Shown here: one piece after another, positions 26,439 to 35,743 of the stretch | How the letters are laid out: every line of letters begins with the position of its first letter | Position numbering within the stretch: position 1 is the stretch's first letter | From: Candidatus Yanofskybacteria bacterium CG10_big_fil_rev_8_21_14_0_10_36_16 | GTDB taxonomy: Bacteria > Patescibacteriota > Minisyncoccia > 2-02-FULL-40-12 > IGHO2-01-FULL-4-A | DNA length: 64,000 bases | Reading direction: 5' to 3' | Assembly (NCBI GenBank): GCA_002794035.1 | Contig: PCXQ01000001.1 | Span: 3,256-67,255 of the forward strand | Made by a program: the position numbers and the translations under genes | Notes under the pieces: generated by a model | What the model saw: the letters and a program-made list of their open reading frames with translations, nothing else | The model's database searches: none | What the model was told of the DNA's origin: nothing

Positions 26439-28874
26439 TTATTGAATAGAGTAAATATATTTTAGTACAGCATTAGCTACTCTTTCTAGACTTTGGGCAC
26501 TACATTTATCAAGCGTATCGCCTGTGGTATGAAATGGCGGATAGTTAAAATCAATTACTAAAAAGCTTGGTATGCCAGCATTGTTAAGCGGTGTGTGGTC
26601 GTCTCTTATTGTTTGTTCCACTTTATCACCAAAAGATTCATTACTTATGTTTTTCGCTATATTCCAAAAGAATTCTACTTGTTTTGGAGCGTTTTTAACT
26701 GATGATTCTTCTTTATATATTTTTAAGTTTTTATCGCATACCATATCAAGAACAAGTGCAGATGTTGGTTTGTTGTTTTTGTATGTACCATTTAAGTGTT
26801 CCGAAAAATATGTAGAGCCAAGGGGTACCCAGTTTCTGTAATTGCCGTTTTGTTTTATGTCCCCTTCCTCCCCATCAAAGAAAACTATATCAATACCAAT
26901 ACTCGGTATTTTGTTGTTATTGTTTAATATCCTTGCAATCTCTACAAGAACGGATACTCCTGAGGCTGAATCATTAGCTCCCGGTACCGGCTTGTCTTTA
27001 TGCATTAAGTCTAAATCGGCAAACTCTTTGCTGTCATAATGTGTTGCCAAGATAAGGCGTTTTTCTTTGTTTGGATAAAAACGGCCGATAATATTCATTA
27101 ATCCATAATTGTTTTTATCCTTATCTTCGTGGTTCCACGATTGTATTATTGTTTCGTGGGCCAGTTCTTTTATTTCAGCATTTAAAAAATCCTGGGTTTT
27201 TTTGTGGCCGGTAGATCCTATATAACGTGGCGCATAGCTTAGTTGTTGTTCTATTGTGGCCAGCATTTCGTCGCCATCGACTAGTTCGGGTTCATTAAAT
27301 GTTCGCTGTATGATGTCTGCTGTCATATAATCAACCGGGGCATAATTATCTGTAAGTATTGGATATAAATCTAAATTATATCTATCAAGGTTAATTAATT
27401 TATCCCCCATCGAACTGATTATGGGGTTTTTGTTTTGTAAAATTTGATTGGCACTTAGATCAATTTGCTTATCGCTGTTATGTCCTACAAAAATAATATT
27501 TTGTGAACCTGTTTTATTTGGGTTTTCGGTTGCAAAAAAGTAGCTGTTAGGAAAAACGCTTCTGAATGTTCTTATTTCCGAAAAAATAAGAGAAGGTTTT
27601 TGTCTTGATAAATTGCCAATCAAATTAGCTATAAATACGCCATTATCAGATAGTTTTTCTTTTGCTGTAATAAAAAATTCCTGCGTGGTGAAGTGAGCAG
27701 GAATGGAAAAAAGTGAATAATACACGTCGCTGAATATCAAGTCATATTTTTTATTAGAATCTCGCAGTAATCGCCGGCCATCCTCGGTGTAGTTATGAAA
27801 ATTGAGATTGTCTTTAAGATCGAAATATTGTTTAGCAAGATTGAAAAGCGATGGTTCTATTTCAGAAATATCAATTGTTGCATTTGGTAATTCTGCAGAA
27901 AGTGCTTTTGGTATAGAATATGCACCGCCTCCTATGACTAAGGCATTTTTGACTTCAGGATTGAATATTTTGTACAGAGAGTAGTATCTGGTGTAGTTAT
28001 ATACCAAATCAGTGGGGTCATTTGAATCAAGAAACATTGCCCCCGATAAACTTTTGTCCTGCTTGAAAACTCTTATTGGTCTTCCTCCGCTTAAGGTGTC
28101 AAAAATGGTTATATTTTCATATATGCCATCTTTGCTGTATAAAACATCTGCTTTAGTTTGGTTAATGATAAAAATGGTGGCCCCGGTTAAAGATATAACT
28201 GCAACAATAGATTTTATTATCCACTTTTTATTAATTCCTAAAAAAACAAGTGGTATAAAACCTAATAAAAATAGAGCTATTCCTGTGCCAATGAAAATAT
28301 AATCAATACCAAAATTTGGTATAAGAACAAATCCTGCAAGCAAGCTTCCCAGAATACTACCAAGTGTAGACCAAAAAAACACTTTGCCTGATATGCTGCC
28401 GATACCCTGTTCGGGCACTTGGACGCTTTGTAATTTTATTGCGTAAGGCGATAGCGTGCCCAACAGAAGAGCTGGTATAAGAAAAAGCAACAAAGAGGAA
28501 ATCAGAGGCCCAGTTATAAGAGAAAAATTGACGCTTAAAATCGGTAAAATTATAGCACCTATAAAATGTATAGTAATAACTAGCAAGCCACTGACAAGAA
28601 TTATTCCAAAAAACCACCTTAATACAGGATATTTGTCGGCAAATTTACCGCCTATGTAATATCCAATGCTTAAAGCTGCCAATATAACGCTTATAACACT
28701 TGATACGGTAAAAATAGTATTGCCATAATGAGGAGACAAAACACGTACAGCAACAACCTCAATGATTAATACGCAAGCTCCTGTAATAAAAACAGAAAGT
28801 GGGAGTAAATTTTGTTTTAGGAATTTATTCATGTATCTTGTTGTAATTGTAACAGGTTGCAAATATTTGCTCAA
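26439..28874 (-). CDS. Fusion protein: polytopic membrane domain + spermidine-synthase-like domain + M28 peptidase / glutaminyl-cyclase-like domain
   Basis: 811 aa. N-terminal multi-TM region, Rossmann-like ALVIGGGAYSIP and DLIFSDVY, C-terminal HYDS...GANDSASG...FFDGEE zinc-peptidase motifs. Confidence 0.75.
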   Translation of the reverse strand: MSKYLQPVTITTRYMNKFLKQNLLPLSVFITGACVLIIEVVAVRVLSPHYGNTIFTVSSVISVILAALSIGYYIGGKFADKYPVLRWFFGIILVSGLLVITIHFIGAIILPILSVNFSLITGPLISSLLLFLIPALLLGTLSPYAIKLQSVQVPEQGIGSISGKVFFWSTLGSILGSLLAGFVLIPNFGIDYIFIGTGIALFLLGFIPLVFLGINKKWIIKSIVAVISLTGATIFIINQTKADVLYSKDGIYENITIFDTLSGGRPIRVFKQDKSLSGAMFLDSNDPTDLVYNYTRYYSLYKIFNPEVKNALVIGGGAYSIPKALSAELPNATIDISEIEPSLFNLAKQYFDLKDNLNFHNYTEDGRRLLRDSNKKYDLIFSDVYYSLFSIPAHFTTQEFFITAKEKLSDNGVFIANLIGNLSRQKPSLIFSEIRTFRSVFPNSYFFATENPNKTGSQNIIFVGHNSDKQIDLSANQILQNKNPIISSMGDKLINLDRYNLDLYPILTDNYAPVDYMTADIIQRTFNEPELVDGDEMLATIEQQLSYAPRYIGSTGHKKTQDFLNAEIKELAHETIIQSWNHEDKDKNNYGLMNIIGRFYPNKEKRLILATHYDSKEFADLDLMHKDKPVPGANDSASGVSVLVEIARILNNNNKIPSIGIDIVFFDGEEGDIKQNGNYRNWVPLGSTYFSEHLNGTYKNNKPTSALVLDMVCDKNLKIYKEESSVKNAPKQVEFFWNIAKNISNESFGDKVEQTIRDDHTPLNNAGIPSFLVIDFNYPPFHTTGDTLDKCSAQSLERVANAVLKYIYSIQ

Positions 28875-28925
28875 TTTATTGAATAAAAAACGGCCTGTTG
28901 GCCGTTTTTTGACAGTGGGTATATT

Positions 28926-29711
28926 TTAAGACAATAAGAATTTGATTAGTTTTTTAGTATCCTTTGTATCCTTAACTTTATAAGCAGGAACGGTGGTTTT
29001 AAGTACTGCGCTATCATTTCCTCCTTCAAACAATGCATCACCGACAAACAGCATGCTGTCATAAGGAATTTTTAGGGTTTTCTTTATTTGTTCAATGCCA
29101 TATTTTTTATCAATTCCCTCTCTTGTTACATCTATGGAGGTTAACCCACCTGCCTTAACTTCCATCTTGGGAAGTTCTTTTTGCAGCATTTTGATCATTT
29201 TCATCCTGGTTTTATTATTTTTTTTCTTCCAATCTTCTTTTGCTTTTACAGGAGCTTTTTGACCAACAGCGGAGAATGTAATTTGAGTTCCTCTGTCTTC
29301 TATTACTTTTCCGTATGCTTTTTTAGGATTTGAGTATCCCAGATCCTCAAATACTTTTTTAAATGCACTAAAAATCTTTTCTTTTTGATCCGGTGTAAAA
29401 TCATAAGAATAAATTTGCTTCCATTTGTTGCCTAAATAACGATAAAAAGTAGTTGAGGTTGTTGGGAATAAAAATAACTTTTCGAGTAATTTTTCGGGGG
29501 CTTTTAGCCTTGATACTAACTGATCACTGAACTGTTTATAGGTTCCTCCTCCAATAACCGCAACATGTTTAGATTCTAAAAGCTTTTTTAGTAATTCCGC
29601 CATTTCTTTATCTAGATTAGATTTGCTCACAGTCAGTGTGCCGTCTAAATCAAAAACAATCAAACTTTTATCTTTTGGTACCTCGCTTAGCTTTATAATT
29701 GGTTTTTTCAT
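28926..29711 (-). CDS. HAD-IIB hydrolase, phosphomannomutase-like
   Basis: 261 aa. DLDGTLT motif I, VIGGGTY, C-terminal GDALFEGGND. Confidence 0.7.
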   Translation of the reverse strand: MKKPIIKLSEVPKDKSLIVFDLDGTLTVSKSNLDKEMAELLKKLLESKHVAVIGGGTYKQFSDQLVSRLKAPEKLLEKLFLFPTTSTTFYRYLGNKWKQIYSYDFTPDQKEKIFSAFKKVFEDLGYSNPKKAYGKVIEDRGTQITFSAVGQKAPVKAKEDWKKKNNKTRMKMIKMLQKELPKMEVKAGGLTSIDVTREGIDKKYGIEQIKKTLKIPYDSMLFVGDALFEGGNDSAVLKTTVPAYKVKDTKDTKKLIKFLLS

Positions 29712-29773
29712 TTTATTTTTGCTATCTTTTTCTTAATGATATTAATTAATAATCTTTAAGAAAAAATAAGTTT

Positions 29774-31255
29774 ATGGATAAAAAAATAATAGATTTAAGC
29801 AAAATTAGAAATATTTACATGATAGGTATTAAGGGTACTGGAATGGCGCCTTTGGCGGTTAATCTTAAAAATATGGGCAAAATAATTACTGGCTCAGATA
29901 GCAGTCAGGTATTTTTTACAGATGAATTGCTTAAAAAACAAAAGATAAACATACTTTCCCCTTTTAAGGCCGGCAATATTCCTAGTGATGTAGATTTGGT
30001 AATTACCTCTACCGCATATGATAGCAAAAACCCGGAAATAAAAGAAGCTGAAACAAGAGGCCTTTCTGTTTTGGGATATCCCGAAGTTATTGGACTTCTA
30101 AGTAATTCAATGAAATCTGTGGCAGTGTGCGGAAGTCACGGAAAAACCACAACAACTGCTGTCCTTTCATATATATTATCAAGGTCAAACATCGGTGTTC
30201 TGCCAAATGTCGGTTCAATAGTTCCCCAACTTATCAATTACAAACCGGATTTCCCTTCAGGGCTTATTAATTTGGAAAAGTCCGAGGCAAAATCAAGCAT
30301 TGATACGAGGCGTACAGATGGTACGTCGAGTGTTAATGCGAAGATTTTAACGAAGGAATTCGTCAAACCCGAAGGGATTGGCTCAAAAGATCTTGCTTTA
30401 GCAGGTCATAATTTGAGCCAAGTTAATATGCCGTGGTTTGTGTTTGAGGCTGATGAATATCAAAACAAACTAAGGCATTATAGTGCCGACATTGTAATAC
30501 TCACTAATATTGATTATGACCACCCTGATTTTTTTAAGACGCTAAATGAGTATAAAAAGGTTTTTGTTGATTTTGTAAAAAGAATTCCCAAGGACGGACT
30601 TTTGATATATTGTTCGGATGATAAAGAGGCATCAAAGATTTCCATATACGCAAAATGTCCCAAAATTGCTTATAATTTAGAATTATTAGATTTAAGTAAG
30701 TGGGAAATAAAACTTGCGGGCCAGCATAATATTCTTAATACAATGGCAGCTATTTTGGCTGCCAAACATCTCGGTGTAGATGAGGATACAATTAAAAAAG
30801 CTGTGGCAAATTTTCAGGGTGTTAAACGCCGTCTTGAGTTTATAAAAAATACCCGCATAAACGGGCAGGACTGTGTTTTAATAGATGATTATGGCCACCA
30901 CCCTACTGAGATCAAGGCTTCAATAAAAGCCATTAAAGAAAAATATCCCAACAAAGTTTTGTGGACTGTTTTTCAACCGCATACTTTTAGCAGGACAAGC
31001 GCATTGTTTGATGATTTTGCAAAATCATTTAAAGAATCTGATAAGACAGTTGTTTTGGATATTTATACTTCTGCAAGAGAAAAAAGTGGTTCTATACATT
31101 CTCGAGACTTGGTTAAACAAATGAATAGTTCAAATGTTTTTTATAAAAAAGACATTCAGCAAACAGCTAAATTTTTAAAACAAAAAATAAATTCTCCCAG
31201 TGTCATAATGACAATAGGAGCAAGCAATGTCTGGGAATTGCATGAGTTGGTTTAG
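29774..31255 (+). CDS. murC: UDP-N-acetylmuramate--L-alanine ligase
   Basis: 493 aa. GIKGTGMAPLA, GSHGKTTTT P-loop, EADEY, DDYGHHP. Carries an internal insertion of about 65 aa. Confidence 0.9.
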   Translation: MDKKIIDLSKIRNIYMIGIKGTGMAPLAVNLKNMGKIITGSDSSQVFFTDELLKKQKINILSPFKAGNIPSDVDLVITSTAYDSKNPEIKEAETRGLSVLGYPEVIGLLSNSMKSVAVCGSHGKTTTTAVLSYILSRSNIGVLPNVGSIVPQLINYKPDFPSGLINLEKSEAKSSIDTRRTDGTSSVNAKILTKEFVKPEGIGSKDLALAGHNLSQVNMPWFVFEADEYQNKLRHYSADIVILTNIDYDHPDFFKTLNEYKKVFVDFVKRIPKDGLLIYCSDDKEASKISIYAKCPKIAYNLELLDLSKWEIKLAGQHNILNTMAAILAAKHLGVDEDTIKKAVANFQGVKRRLEFIKNTRINGQDCVLIDDYGHHPTEIKASIKAIKEKYPNKVLWTVFQPHTFSRTSALFDDFAKSFKESDKTVVLDIYTSAREKSGSIHSRDLVKQMNSSNVFYKKDIQQTAKFLKQKINSPSVIMTIGASNVWELHELV

Positions 31256-31547
31256 TTAAAAATTAATAAGACTTTGTTTGTATTCTCATAGATTTCTGCT
31301 ACTATATTTCCATGCTTAGTATAGGTATGGTATGAACGCAATAGAACACAAGGAGGCCAAGTTTATTCCCTTCTCTTTTGTTATAAACCTGCCAAAACCG
31401 CGTTATGAGCGTATTATTGTAAACAGAGACCGGCAAGGTAGAATATTGAGATCAATGGCTCCCAAATAAAAGTTTGTAGCTCAAGAATTAAACTAACTGG
31501 GCTAAATTGAAAAATATGGTTCAGAAAATTTAATTCTTGTTTATATT

Positions 31548-31745
31548 ATGGAGACCTGTAACAGGTGTGACAAAGAATACCCCAAAGATTCAGAAAAGTG
31601 GCATCAAAGCACCGGTGGCATACAAACCGGTGGTGGCGATACGGATGAAAAAGGAGACTACACAGTGAAACCGGCAAAAATGTGCCACGAATGTTTTGAG
31701 AAACTACCAGAAGACCAAAAACATAGCTGGCCAGAAATAAACTAA
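31548..31745 (+). CDS. Small zinc-ribbon protein
   Basis: 65 aa. CNRC...CHEC pairs. Confidence 0.4.
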   Translation: METCNRCDKEYPKDSEKWHQSTGGIQTGGGDTDEKGDYTVKPAKMCHECFEKLPEDQKHSWPEIN

Positions 31746-31809
31746 CATGATTTAGGCAATATAAAATACTCCGGCAAGAGTATTTTATATTTTTATTATT
31801 TGAACTAGC

Positions 31810-32115
31810 TTACGCTATTCTGATTTCAAACTTCCTTCTGGTTGGAGCTAATGCCGCCCATCTCATGAAGGCAGTTTTTTGGAGCAAGGCATGGCTAGAA
31901 TTTAATGAATCAGATGTTTCTATCTCTACTACATATTCATAACCATTATGGGTTGCATAAACATCCGGTAGATGGCCATTAATTAGCGGCGGTTTGACAT
32001 TGCCCGGTAAATCTGACCAGACATTACTCCATCCGGCCGCAGTTATTTGTCTTGCCCAAGAAGCTACACCAGCATCGTGTTTTTGCTGATTAGCTTTCAA
32101 TCTTATATATGGCAA
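31810..32115 (-). CDS. Hypothetical protein, possible restriction-endonuclease-like fold
   Basis: 101 aa. LPDVYA...YVVEIET resembles a degenerate PD-(D/E)xK core. Confidence 0.35.
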   Translation of the reverse strand: MPYIRLKANQQKHDAGVASWARQITAAGWSNVWSDLPGNVKPPLINGHLPDVYATHNGYEYVVEIETSDSLNSSHALLQKTAFMRWAALAPTRRKFEIRIA

Positions 32116-32252
32116 TTTAAATTAAAAAGGGGTCTCTTGACTATAAATTTAATGGATGATAAGTTTCTGGGAACTGTTTATAACTTATTTTCATAATAAC
32201 TTATAAGTAGTTATAATTATTATTACTTACGTAAAAAGCTAAAAACTTTTGT

Positions 32253-32286
32253 AAAACATGCCTTTTGCCGAAGGCGTGTTTTATTT
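32253..32286 (-). terminator. Strong stem-loop terminator closing the defence operon and its tail
   Basis: aaaacatgcctt-ttgccg-aaggcgtgtttt, a 12-bp stem with A/T runs on both sides. Confidence 0.7.
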
Positions 32287-32671
32287 TCACATGGCTTCCA
32301 GACATTCTACTTATCGTCTTGAGCCCCCTCCCTTTCTTGGCCCTAATTTTAACAATTACTGCTTTGCAATTCTGCTTGCGATTTGGCCATTTTCACAAAC
32401 TGAAAAACAAAAAATCCTTTGGCCGAGACTTAAACGAGAACTGCAATAAGTTTCCTTATTGGTGTTCCCATCCAGATGGACATCTAGCTGGAACAACTAG
32501 TGCTCCCGCTAAAGTCCCTGCCAAAGGATTTCAAGGCTTTATTGTCTCGGCCGCTCTTTTAATGTCCGGCTGTCCAAACCGAACGAGCATTTTACTAATT
32601 ATTAAGTCTTAAACTAATTTCATTATAGGTTACCGTAAGATAGATTCAAGTAGCCCTTTTGTGGATAACGC

Positions 32672-33718
32672 TTATTTCTTTAACATTTTTTCAGCAAGCG
32701 CTTTTAGGGCTTCTTCGCCTTCTACGCCGCGGAGGCGGCCGGCAAGAAAGCCGAGTTTGTAATTTATATCATCGGCTATTAAACGCCAATTTGTGTCAGC
32801 TAAGGTTTTTTTGAGTAACCTGCGAAGATCATATACACTACTCCGATCTTGCCGACCGGGTTTATTATCCTGCAATGAAAAACCCACGGTTAAATCCCGC
32901 CCTGCTTCCGGCTTATCAAAATCAAGTTTAGAATACCCAGCTTTTTTAATAGCGGGGTTGAGGTGATTCTGTAGTTCTACAATGGTAAGTTTTTTAATTT
33001 TAGCAACAGCATCATAAATCTCCTTGTTCTCCTCGTGGTCTTTCATCCATTCCGCTATTTCTTTAAGGTTGGCAGTCCATGAAATGTAATCCGTACCCTC
33101 TTTGTCAGATATACAATATTTTCTTCTATTTGCCTCAAAGTTTGGATCAACCTCTTCTCTCTTGTCTAAATCCCAGGTATCAGTTTCTTTCTGGCCACAC
33201 CCCGGACAATTATAAGCTGTCGTTATGATATTACCCTTCCGGTTATGGACGGATGTTCTATTCGCATGGCACTTAGGACAAGGGTTTTTATATTCCCACT
33301 CTTGACCGTTTTCCCAGTAAGCACGTCGGCTATTACAGTTACTGCAGTCAAAGAAAAAGAGAACCCTGTCGTTTTTATCATTAATATCGGTATGTAAGTC
33401 TTTAGATTCTACTTGCATTAAATGGCTACAACTAAGGCAGCGGATTCCTTTCGGCTCAATGGCGTTATTAATCCTATCGTCTTTGTCCTGATCGCGTTCC
33501 ATCCATTTATGTATGGTTTCTGATTTATTTCTATATCGCTCTCCTTTTTTGAAATATAGGCCAATTTCTGTAAAAGCACCGGTTATTGAGCCGGCTTTTT
33601 TATACTTATCTCTTGAAGAGATATGATTCACAGAGTTAACCCATTCTTCGCATTCTTTAATGGTTAGGCGGTCATAAAGTTCGTGATAATAACTTTCGTC
33701 TTTTAGATACTTATACAT
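32672..33718 (-). CDS. Hypothetical protein with four CxxC pairs (two zinc ribbons)
   Basis: 348 aa. CLSC, CSNC, CPKC, CPGC in the central region. 3 nt downstream of the NERD gene. Confidence 0.6.
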   Translation of the reverse strand: MYKYLKDESYYHELYDRLTIKECEEWVNSVNHISSRDKYKKAGSITGAFTEIGLYFKKGERYRNKSETIHKWMERDQDKDDRINNAIEPKGIRCLSCSHLMQVESKDLHTDINDKNDRVLFFFDCSNCNSRRAYWENGQEWEYKNPCPKCHANRTSVHNRKGNIITTAYNCPGCGQKETDTWDLDKREEVDPNFEANRRKYCISDKEGTDYISWTANLKEIAEWMKDHEENKEIYDAVAKIKKLTIVELQNHLNPAIKKAGYSKLDFDKPEAGRDLTVGFSLQDNKPGRQDRSSVYDLRRLLKKTLADTNWRLIADDINYKLGFLAGRLRGVEGEEALKALAEKMLKK

Positions 33719-33721
33719 TTA

Positions 33722-34366
33722 TTAAGAATCGTTTAATCTTTTGAGGCCCTTGGCGCTTTCAATATGTGACCTCCGGCTCTTTTTGTCCTTTATATCGGCG
33801 TTTTTGATAATGCTACAAATCTCGTCCCTTTCACTGTCAGACAATACCAAATCAGTATATTGTCTGATTTTTTCTACAGTATCCCTGCCATTACCGACTG
33901 TATCCGTACCAGTAATTTTAAGCTTATCCGCAGACGGGAAAATTATAAATGAATAAATGGGAGTATTTTGAAATCGCGGCTTTATTAGTGCCTCTATTGC
34001 TTTGGTGTGGGCGTAATTTTGCCTTAATGGATTATAGAATCTGCTCTTTCGTCTATAAATAACTTGGGTCCAGTATTGATCGCTGGCTTTACCGAAAATC
34101 CATCCAGAATAATCTTTCGTTTCAATGCAAAAAATTCCAAATCTTGAAACTATGATGTGATCAATTTGAGTTGTGCTTGTATTGCCGGTTGAAGGCAACA
34201 AAACGTCGCTTAGATTTATATACTGTTTAGGATCCAGCCCTGTCAGTTTTTTGTTTACAAATCTTTCGCCTAGCCAACCTTTCCATTGCGGAAACTTATA
34301 TTTAACCCACTGAACAATGAGATAAAGAAATCCAAACCAAATTAGTAAATATATAATGTTTTTCAA
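33722..34366 (-). CDS. Membrane-anchored NERD (nuclease-related domain) protein
   Basis: 214 aa. N-terminal TM helix, then GERFVNKKL...QIDHIIVSRFGIFCIETKDYSGWIFG...WTQ pattern typical of NERD. Confidence 0.8.
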   Translation of the reverse strand: MKNIIYLLIWFGFLYLIVQWVKYKFPQWKGWLGERFVNKKLTGLDPKQYINLSDVLLPSTGNTSTTQIDHIIVSRFGIFCIETKDYSGWIFGKASDQYWTQVIYRRKSRFYNPLRQNYAHTKAIEALIKPRFQNTPIYSFIIFPSADKLKITGTDTVGNGRDTVEKIRQYTDLVLSDSERDEICSIIKNADIKDKKSRRSHIESAKGLKRLNDS

Positions 34367-34389
34367 TTTATAGTTATTGATGTATTTAG

Positions 34390-35724
34390 TTAGAAGGCAT
34401 GTCGCTCATTTTTTGTGATTTTTTGTAAAAACATTTTTTGTTGTTTTTTCTTTTGTAACCAACCCAACTTACACAAATCAGTTACTACTGACTGGGATAT
34501 TTTATATAGTTGTTTATCTAAATCAATCACCGTATTATCAACTTGTAATGCCAAATCATTCAAGCCCATTAATTTGATACCATTTAGTGTTCTAACGCGG
34601 GATAGAGCCACATAACCCATCCCGTAAGTAAATGACTTGCTAAGGTCAATTTCTGCAGCGTCTAAGCTCATCCCTTGGCTCTTGTGGACCGTAATAGCCC
34701 AAGCAAGCCGCAGGGGTACTTGGCTTATCTCCGCTTTTATAAGGTCATTTTCTTCAACGGTCCAACTTGTTGGCCGAGCTGCCACTTCTTTGCCTTTAAT
34801 TGTTTTGATAATAGGATAACTATCACCATCAAAATCAATTACTTTGCCCAATGTTCCATTAACATATCCTTTATCAAAATTGTTCTTTACAAACATTACT
34901 ACGGCATCCTTTTTTAAGGTAAGCTCTTCCGGAGCCAAGCAGCCTTTTTTCAATGATTCTACAAGATATTTTTCACCCCTGCATTGCATTTTATAAGTTT
35001 TTGGTTCGCTTTCAATTTTATTAAGTTCAAAGTTATTAATTGCATCCACATCAACATTATGAGTATAAAGTTTGGTAGGAGTTATATTAGTAACGGCCGG
35101 TTTGTTAAACCGGCTTGTTAAAAGACCAAGTGATGTGTCAGATGTTTTGCCAGCTCTTATATCATTTAACACATTAAGAAAATTAAGATCTTGTTGCCGG
35201 TATTGTTCTGTCAGATAGCAAATCTTTATATTCATGTTCTCCCAAGCTTTAGATGTGTGTATAAAACTATCATCTTCACCATTTTTTGATACTGGCGGTA
35301 ATTGAAAAAAGTCTCCGGATAAAATTACCTGCAAACCGCCAAATGGCAAATCATTTTTCTTAAACGCTTTGCAAACCTTATCTACCATGTCTAATCGGAA
35401 TGAGTGAAGCATTGAAACCTCGTCTATTATTAAAACTTTTGTTTTTAGGAATCTTGCTCGGAAGTTAATATTTTTAAGTAACTTTGATAAATGATCATCG
35501 GTAATCTCGTTTTGTATTCCTAATCCCGCCCAAGAGTGTATTGTCCGGCCATTCATATGAGTTGCGGCAATGCCGGTTGAGGCGGTTATACCAACGCCAA
35601 TATTTTTCCCTTTCAGAAAGTTGATATACTTGTTTAATAAAAAAGTTTTCCCGCTTCCAGCGGGACCAGTTAGATACACATTATGTCCAAGTTTTAATAT
35701 ATCTAAAGCTTCCTGTTGGGTCAT
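34390..35724 (-). CDS. SF1 helicase, PIF1/RecD-like
   Basis: 444 aa. GPAGSGKTF, TIHSWAGLG, LIIDEVSM, GDFFQLPPV, ITVHKSQGMSLD. Confidence 0.85.
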   Translation of the reverse strand: MTQQEALDILKLGHNVYLTGPAGSGKTFLLNKYINFLKGKNIGVGITASTGIAATHMNGRTIHSWAGLGIQNEITDDHLSKLLKNINFRARFLKTKVLIIDEVSMLHSFRLDMVDKVCKAFKKNDLPFGGLQVILSGDFFQLPPVSKNGEDDSFIHTSKAWENMNIKICYLTEQYRQQDLNFLNVLNDIRAGKTSDTSLGLLTSRFNKPAVTNITPTKLYTHNVDVDAINNFELNKIESEPKTYKMQCRGEKYLVESLKKGCLAPEELTLKKDAVVMFVKNNFDKGYVNGTLGKVIDFDGDSYPIIKTIKGKEVAARPTSWTVEENDLIKAEISQVPLRLAWAITVHKSQGMSLDAAEIDLSKSFTYGMGYVALSRVRTLNGIKLMGLNDLALQVDNTVIDLDKQLYKISQSVVTDLCKLGWLQKKKQQKMFLQKITKNERHAF

Positions 35725-35743
35725 AAATTAAAAACTTAAAAAC

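Noticed and set aside
31333-31470. A 45-codon ORF (MNAIEHKEAKFIPFSF...) in the murC-island junction, considered as a gene or a ychF/murC fragment marking the left att site.
   Set aside because: It has no convincing RBS and no similarity I can see to ychF, murC or the right junction. The evidence is insufficient.
32258-32612. Track ORFs 32258-32449 and 32265-32612 (+) in the operon tail.
   Set aside because: They overlap each other, start inside a terminator hairpin, have no RBS and junk-like composition. The region is better explained as structured non-coding sequence.
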